Shown here: positions 58,742 through 64,000 of the stretch, in pieces
Numbering within the stretch: the first letter of the stretch is position 1
Layout: every line of letters starts with the position of its first letter
Assembly (NCBI GenBank): GCA_963792215.1
Contig: CAWBVL010000007.1
Location: 325,044-389,043 of the forward strand
DNA: 64,000 bases
Source of the DNA: an uncultured Actinomycetes bacterium
GTDB lineage: Bacteria; Actinomycetota; UBA4738; HRBIN12
Direction: 5' to 3'
The notes under the pieces: model-generated
Seen by the model: the letters and a program-made list of their open reading frames with translations, nothing else
Told to the model about the DNA's origin: nothing
Database searches by the model: none
Position numbers and translations under genes: made by a program

Positions 58742-58799
58742 CTCGCGCGCAGCATAGCGCGATGTCGACAGTCGACCGACGACCAGGCCTGCTCGGCGC

Positions 58800-59258
58800 T
58801 CAGCCCTCTCCGCGGGCGCGCTTCATAGCCGCGTTGACCTCGTCCACGTCCAGGGTCATCGCGAAGAACCCGATCTCGGCCTCGTACACGGCCGGGTCGG
58901 CCTGCGCCTTCACCTCGTCCTCGAACACGTGCAGCACCGGGAGTCCCAACTGAACCCCCGCCAACGGACCCACCCAGGCCGGATCGCCGTCGCGGACCGT
59001 TTCGGCGGCCACCTCGACCGCTTCCGCGTCGGCCGCCCCGAGGATCACGACGATGCCGTCGGCACCGCACTCCTCGACGATCCGCTTGATCAACGCCTGG
59101 TTATCCGGATCCATGGCGCCCGAGGCCGTTCAGACGAAGCACTCGGTGCGCGTCTCGATCACCTCGGCGCCCGCGCTGCGCGCCACCGCGGCGATCGCCT
59201 CACCGGGAACGCTGTCACGCTCGCCGAGCGCGATCACCCATCTGCCTTCGAGCTGCAT
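58800..59258 (-). CDS. grdA: GrdA, selenoprotein A of a glycine/sarcosine/betaine-type reductase; in-frame TGA (59130-59132) read as Sec
   Basis: Joining ORFs 59130..59351 and 58800..59114 gives ...AGAEVIETRTECFV-U-TASGAMDPDNQ...AAETVRDGDPAWVGPLAGVQLGL..., matching the GrdA CFVUTAAGAMD and AGPLAGV blocks. ATG at 59258 follows GGAGGTG. Confidence 0.9.
59092..59120 (-). promoter_or_regulatory. Candidate SECIS hairpin for grdA
   Basis: Imperfect stem GGCGCC.UGGAU/AU..CCAGGCGUU with apical CCGG, starting 10 nt after the UGA. Hand-folded. Confidence 0.3.
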
Positions 59259-59661
59259 CCGTCGTCTCACCTCCTTCGGGTCGTGTTGCGTGAGTCTCCG
59301 TTGCTTGTCGCAGGTGCTCGGGGATCGGCGGGCCGACCGCCGGCGCGCCATCGAGTAGCCGCTCGATCGCTCGTTCGATCTGATCGGGCGTCGTGCCGTT
59401 GCTGGTGAGCCGCTCCACCTCGACGCCGTCGCGCATCGTCAGATACGCGGGCAACCCGGCGACGCGGAGGTCGCGGCACACCGTGCGGTTGTCGGGCGCG
59501 TTGACGGAGATGAAGCGCACGCGGTCGCCGTAGCGTTCGGCGAGCGTCTCGACCGCAGGCATCAGCGCGAGGCACGGCTGGCACTGCGGTCCCCAGATGT
59601 CGACGAGCACGTCGCCGCTGGACGCGAGCGCCTCGAACGTGTCGACGGTCGCTTCGATCAT
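59215..59661 (-). CDS. trxA: Thioredoxin with atypical CQPC active site and C-terminal extension
   Basis: VLVDIWGPQCQPCLALMP. ATG at 59661 follows GAGGAG. Its 3' end overlaps the grdA start by 44 nt. Confidence 0.8.
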   Translation of the reverse strand: MIEATVDTFEALASSGDVLVDIWGPQCQPCLALMPAVETLAERYGDRVRFISVNAPDNRTVCRDLRVAGLPAYLTMRDGVEVERLTSNGTTPDQIERAIERLLDGAPAVGPPIPEHLRQATETHATRPEGGETTDAARRQMGDRARRA

Positions 59662-59677
59662 GTCTCGGTGTCTCCTC

Positions 59678-60991
59678 TCAGGTTTCCAACGTGACGGACG
59701 CGCCATCCCACAGACGGGTAAGCCTGCCGAGGAACAGGGAGCCCTTCGCGATGAGCATGGTTCGGTGCAAGTCGCCGGCGGCCATGCGCACGAGCGCGTG
59801 CGGGAGCCAGGGGACCGCGCTCGCGATGTGCCCCTGCGTCGGCGCGAACCCGGGCATGCCGTGGTCACGCGCAAATGTCGGGATGGCGCTCTTGTCGAGC
59901 TCTCCGCGCACGACGCCGAGGCCCGCGAGCATCCGGTAGTTGCGGTTGGCAACGTCGCCGCCGCCCTGCGGCTCGGTGATCTCGGGGTTATGGATCTCGG
60001 TCGCGTAGGTGCCGACGTCGGTGATGGCGATGCCGAGCGAATCGAGCGGATCGCCGACGAGCGCCGTGAGCTGAGCCTGCGGCGCGACGCCCGCGCCCAC
60101 GGGCATCGTGCCGATCGCGTCGGCACGGACGACGGGCCCGTTCGACCCGTCGGCGGGCTCGAGCAAGATCGCGATGCCCGCGAGCACGTCCTCGAGGATC
60201 GGATAGCCGGCCGACAGCGCGCCCTCGAACTTCATGCCGAGCTTCGCGAGGGAACCGCCCGCCACGACGACCACCCGCTGCTCGATCCCAGCTTCGATCA
60301 GCGCGGCCGCCACGATGATCGCATGCACCGGAGCCGCGCAGAACGACTTGACGTCGATCGCGCTTGCCGCCGTGAGGTCGCACGACTCGGCGATCGCCTT
60401 CGCGACGTTGCCGCCGCCTCGCTGATAGCGATCGCCGACGGCTTCCTCACCGCAGCCGATCGCGTGGGTGATCGTGGCCGGATCGACGCCCGTGCGCCGG
60501 AGAAGATCGCGGAGCGCGCGCACGCCGCTGGCCTTGATGGCGAGGTTCTCGAGCAGCACGTCGGCTGCGAGCGACGGGTCAGCCTCGTGATCAGCGCGGA
60601 TCCAGCCCGCCTCGCTGTCGCGGTCGGTGAGCCGCAGCGCGCCCTCGGGCATGGCGTCGCCGTCGTCGATGAGGTCGAACTGGTCCGCTTGCCTCATGGC
60701 TTCGTAGAAGTCGGTCTGCCTGCCGATGTCACCGAACGCGCCGTCAGCGGACGCGTCCTCGACGGGCTGCTTCCACCACGGGCGCTCGCGATCCCACAGG
60801 TCCTCGGGTCGGAGGTTGCCGATCACGACCTGGTTGGGCGGATAAGCGACGGCGTCGTCGAAGGTCCGGAGCGATGTGGCGATCTCGGACCACCGGTGCG
60901 TCTCGCGGCGCGGCTTGGATCCGTAGCGCACGAGGTCGGGCACGTGATCGAGCACGAGCGATGTCGCGACGACGGCGGCGCGCGGGCTCAT
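59678..60991 (-). CDS. grdC: GrdC-like (reductase complex component C, beta subunit; thiolase/KAS-like)
   Basis: YQRGGGNVAKAIAE, KSFCAAPVHAI, HGMPGFAPTQGHIASAVP, IAKGSLFLGRLT match GrdC blocks as I recall them. ATGA overlap with the grdB stop. Only the last 437 aa of the 817-aa ORF are used. Confidence 0.8.
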   Translation of the reverse strand: MSPRAAVVATSLVLDHVPDLVRYGSKPRRETHRWSEIATSLRTFDDAVAYPPNQVVIGNLRPEDLWDRERPWWKQPVEDASADGAFGDIGRQTDFYEAMRQADQFDLIDDGDAMPEGALRLTDRDSEAGWIRADHEADPSLAADVLLENLAIKASGVRALRDLLRRTGVDPATITHAIGCGEEAVGDRYQRGGGNVAKAIAESCDLTAASAIDVKSFCAAPVHAIIVAAALIEAGIEQRVVVVAGGSLAKLGMKFEGALSAGYPILEDVLAGIAILLEPADGSNGPVVRADAIGTMPVGAGVAPQAQLTALVGDPLDSLGIAITDVGTYATEIHNPEITEPQGGGDVANRNYRMLAGLGVVRGELDKSAIPTFARDHGMPGFAPTQGHIASAVPWLPHALVRMAAGDLHRTMLIAKGSLFLGRLTRLWDGASVTLET

Positions 60992-62277
60992 CCGTCGATC
61001 TCCCACATGGTGCGAGGCGCGACGTCGGTCGCGAGCATGTCGACCGCGCGATCGAGGATGCGCACGCGGAGCGCCAGCTCGTCGCCGGCGGCGAGGGAGG
61101 GATCGCCGGTGGGGTACGTGATGGCGACGCCGCGCACGATCCGGTTCGCCCCGACCATCTGCGCGATCGTGGGGAGCGCCGTGATGAACACGGTCGGGAT
61201 CCCCATCCGCTCCAACTCCTTCGTCAGCGTTGCCCCGCAACGCGTTCCTGTGCCTCAGGTGCCGGTCAAGATGACCGCGTCGACCCCCGCGTTGCGGAGC
61301 TCGGCGCCGATCTCCTGGCCCATCCGGGTCGAAACCGCCACCGGCGTGTCGACCCCAGTCGTGGTGAAGAACTCGTCGTGGATCCGCCCGATCCGTCCCG
61401 CGGTGACGAGCGCGCGAGCGGCGTCCAACGGCACGAGACGGTCCGGGTCGCGGTTCGCCTGGGTCGTGTCGAAGCCCGCGTGGACCGAGAGGTAATCCTC
61501 GGGCGCGAGCTCGGCGCGATCGCCGATCGGATACCGCAGCCAGACGTTCGCATGGCGCGTCGGCAAGCGGTCCGGGTTCCCCTGCGGGACGCAGCCCGCT
61601 TCGGTCACGAGGGCGACGAGCGCCGTCGACGGATCGGCCAGGGGATCGGGCGGCGCAACGCGATCGGTCGGCGGCACGATCTCGGTGCGCACGTCGCCCG
61701 CGAGCTTGGCGAGCACCAGGCCGATCGCGCGCTCGGCCCCGAGCGCGCCCGAGCGCACGTTCACCCGGAGGCCCCGCGGCAGGTAACCCTCTTCGGTAGG
61801 CGAACCGACCGCCGCGCCCGACGCGAGCCTCGAGGCGAGCGAGGCGACGAGCGGCACAGCGTCGCGCATCCCGGACACGTTGGCGGTGGTGGGCACGATG
61901 TACGCGGCGCCTTCGCTCGCGAGCACACCGGGCGAGTCGGGTGTCATCGCGGCGACGACCGCGGTGCCGCGACGACCGAGCTCGCGTGCGAGGACGCCGC
62001 ACGCGTAGCCATACCGCCCCGAGCCAAACGATGGACCACAGACCACGACGTCCGCGCCGGCCTCCTCGATCCACGCGAGCAGCGTCGCGAGACAGTCGGC
62101 CTCGTGCAGCGCGAACCGGTCGTCCCCGCACGCGACCGTGAGATCGATCTTCAATCCCGCGGCGACGAACGCCCGGCCCGGGCCCTGCGGACCTTCGAGC
62201 CGCACCGGCTCATGGTCGGCGGCCTCTTCACCGCCGAGCCCGGCGAAGAACTGGTTCACGTAATGCACGACGGTCAT
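60988..62277 (-). CDS. grdB: GrdB-family selenoprotein B subunit; in-frame TGA (61255-61257) read as Sec
   Basis: N-terminus MTVVHYVNQFFAGLGGEE. Joining ORFs 61255..62439 and 60988..61215 gives AVILTGT-U-GTGTRCGATLTKELERMGIPTVFI...VGANRIV. ATGA overlap with the grdE stop. Confidence 0.85.
61227..61243 (-). promoter_or_regulatory. Candidate SECIS hairpin for grdB
   Basis: GCGUUGC-GGG-GCAACGC, a perfect 7-bp stem starting 12 nt after the UGA. Confidence 0.5.
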
Positions 62278-63527
62278 GCCGGCACCGCCGTCCACGGTCC
62301 GTCGCCCGTCTCCACACAGCTGCCCAGGTAGTGGACCATCGCGATCGCGCGCCCGGCCTCGCCGTCGCCACCACCGACGATGCGGTCCGGCGTCCACGCG
62401 GGGACGAGCTCGTCCTCGTTCCCGGTGCTGACGAGGCAATCCGCCTCGGCGACGTGATCGGTCAGGCCCCCGTTCGTTTCGCAGATCAACGCCGTCGTCG
62501 CGATGCCGCGCGACTCCAGCGCGTGCACGGTCAGCATCGTGTCCGTGTGCGAGTTGCCCGACGAGAACGTCGTGCAGATGGCACCGGCCGCGTCGAGCTC
62601 GGCCGCGAGGACCGCCGATGCCTCGGCGCCGCGCCGCTTCGCCTCAGCCGTGTCGAGATACCCGGGCGCGAGGATCAGGCCGGCGAACCGCAGCGTGTCA
62701 CCGTGTGCTCGCTCGAGCGCGCGCACGAGCGCGAGGTCTTGATAGTTGGCCGTCGTGTTGCGGACGCCCGGCCAGTCGTAGGCGCCGTTCGTCAGTCGGC
62801 CGGCGTTGAGCCAGACAGGATCGATCACCCTCGGCATCAGGTCGCGCAGATCGTCGCCGTCGAAGAACGTGTCGGTGAGCGGGCCCTCTGACGCGACCTG
62901 CAGGACCGCGCACACGGCGGGAAGGTCCGGGTCTGCATCCTCACGTACGCCGACGTGCCACACGTCGTCCGCCACCGCATCGAGCGTGGTGGCGGCGAGG
63001 GTCCGCGCGATGTCGAGCGCTGTCCGTCGGATCGCGGCGTCCGCATCCGCGATGGACGCGCCTCGCGCCGGCACACAGCGCAGCACCACGTTCGCGGTCG
63101 AGCCCCACGGGGTCCGGTCCTGACCGGGTCCCGACATATCCACGTATGACGGCGGGAACTCCTCGGGCCCGACGAGACCCGCCGCTTTCCAATCGCAGAC
63201 GGGCAGCACGGCGACGCCGGCGATCCGATGGATCCGCGCGTGCGAGGTGTCGTCCCATGTTCCGCCGAGCACGCCGGGGAAGGTCGCAGCGGGATCGTCG
63301 GCCCGGACATCGGGCACGACGGCGTCGAGCACGTTCGTGATTCGGACGCGATCGCCGGGACGGACGACCTCGACCGTGGCCTCCGCCAGTGCCGGTTCTC
63401 CGGCTCCGACCGCGAGCTGCGGTGACGCCACAAGCAACGTTGCGCCGTCCCGCCCTGTCAGGGTCCCCTCGACGACCTCGTCGATCGCGAACGCCGCGAT
63501 CTCGAGATCAGCGCGGGTATGTGACAA
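62274..63527 (-). CDS. grdE: GrdE/GrdG/GrdI-like substrate-specific proprotein of component B
   Basis: 417 aa, placed immediately upstream of and overlapping grdB. Overall Gly_reductase-family pattern (call is partly by position). TTG start, uncertain. Confidence 0.7.
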   Translation of the reverse strand: MSHTRADLEIAAFAIDEVVEGTLTGRDGATLLVASPQLAVGAGEPALAEATVEVVRPGDRVRITNVLDAVVPDVRADDPAATFPGVLGGTWDDTSHARIHRIAGVAVLPVCDWKAAGLVGPEEFPPSYVDMSGPGQDRTPWGSTANVVLRCVPARGASIADADAAIRRTALDIARTLAATTLDAVADDVWHVGVREDADPDLPAVCAVLQVASEGPLTDTFFDGDDLRDLMPRVIDPVWLNAGRLTNGAYDWPGVRNTTANYQDLALVRALERAHGDTLRFAGLILAPGYLDTAEAKRRGAEASAVLAAELDAAGAICTTFSSGNSHTDTMLTVHALESRGIATTALICETNGGLTDHVAEADCLVSTGNEDELVPAWTPDRIVGGGDGEAGRAIAMVHYLGSCVETGDGPWTAVPA

Positions 63528-63538
63528 GCTCTGAGAGC

Positions 63539-64000
63539 TTACGCTCCGCCGGCCTCGTCCGGAAGAGGCGGCGCCGCGGAGCGGTCGTACCAGTCGCCAC
63601 CGCCGAGCTCACCTCCGTCGACGATGATCGTCTGACCCGTGATCCACGCGGCGTCGTCGGACGCGAGGAACAGCACGGCCATCGCTTGATCGCGGGGCGA
63701 ACCTGCACGGCGAAGCGGGATCTTGCGCAGGTACTCGCGTTGCAAGCGCGCCTCGTCGGGATCGGCGGCCATCTCGGCGGCGCCCTCCGGCGTCACGGTC
63801 TGTCCCGGCGCGACGGAGTTCACACGGATGCCGAGATGCCCCCACTCGTGTGCGGCCGCTTTCGTGAGCGCGACGAGCGCGGCCTTCGACGCGTTGTACG
63901 CGGCCTCGGGCGATTCGTTCTTGAAGGCGTTCGCGGACGTGATGTTCACGATCGCGCCACCGCCGTGTTCCGCGAGATGCGGCGCGATCGACTGCATCGT
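63539..64000 (-). CDS. SDR-family oxidoreductase, C-terminal part (gene runs off right edge)
   Basis: YNASKAAL catalytic Tyr/Lys motif, NSVAPG, ITGQTIIVDGG. Its stop lies 11 nt upstream of grdE. Confidence 0.8.
   Translation of the reverse strand, partial: TMQSIAPHLAEHGGGAIVNITSANAFKNESPEAAYNASKAALVALTKAAAHEWGHLGIRVNSVAPGQTVTPEGAAEMAADPDEARLQREYLRKIPLRRAGSPRDQAMAVLFLASDDAAWITGQTIIVDGGELGGGDWYDRSAAPPLPDEAGGA

Noticed and set aside
58800-59351. Reading grdA as two small genes, or as a nonsense-mutated pseudogene. The same question applies to grdB at 60988..62439.
   Set aside because: The TGA falls exactly at the known Sec position inside conserved motifs, and both halves are in frame. A tRNA-Sec gene is in the window, and the grdB UGA is followed by a hairpin.
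59678-62131. An 817-aa ORF that could be read as one giant protein spanning the grdB/grdC region.
   Set aside because: Only the last 437 aa (from ATG 60991) have GrdC motifs. The upstream 380 aa are Arg/Gly/Asp-rich and lie in an alternate frame over the motif-bearing grdB.

Overview
This is a high-GC chromosomal segment with actinobacterial-style synteny: a class A PBP next to DUF5318, a Gram-positive-type Tad/Flp pilus locus, ECF and group 1/2 sigma factors. I saw no transposase, integrase, CRISPR array or rRNA. Most long ORFs in the track are alternate-frame or antisense shadows of about 65 real genes. Genes are tightly packed, often with ATGA or GTGA stop/start overlaps.

Left to right the window contains:
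- PBP (partial), DUF5318, cupin and DUF983.
- larE-larC-larB without larA.
- A Tad pilus operon.
- A secreted 7-blade RCC1-repeat protein.
- An active and a degenerate M15 peptidase paralog flanking a MoaD-like/BNR-propeller pair.
- tRNA-Sec (selC).
- An adenylate cyclase translationally coupled to a membrane/HEAT/cNMP-binding protein.
- An 18-kb amino-sugar/glycan utilisation locus (GH38, GH4, CE4, SIS, ROK, ABC importer, KdgK-Eda-RidA).
- A PAS histidine kinase, M20 peptidase, ADH and PlsC.
- An ECF sigma/anti-sigma pair and an RpoD-like sigma.
- A cupredoxin/beta-helix/PLDc_N fusion.
- A 12-kb co-directional block ending in a Grd-type selenoprotein reductase operon (grdE-grdB-grdC-trx-grdA).

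The main finding is in that operon. The ORF track splits GrdA and GrdB at in-frame TGA codons that sit exactly at the known selenocysteine positions. No grdD or trxB is present anywhere in the window.
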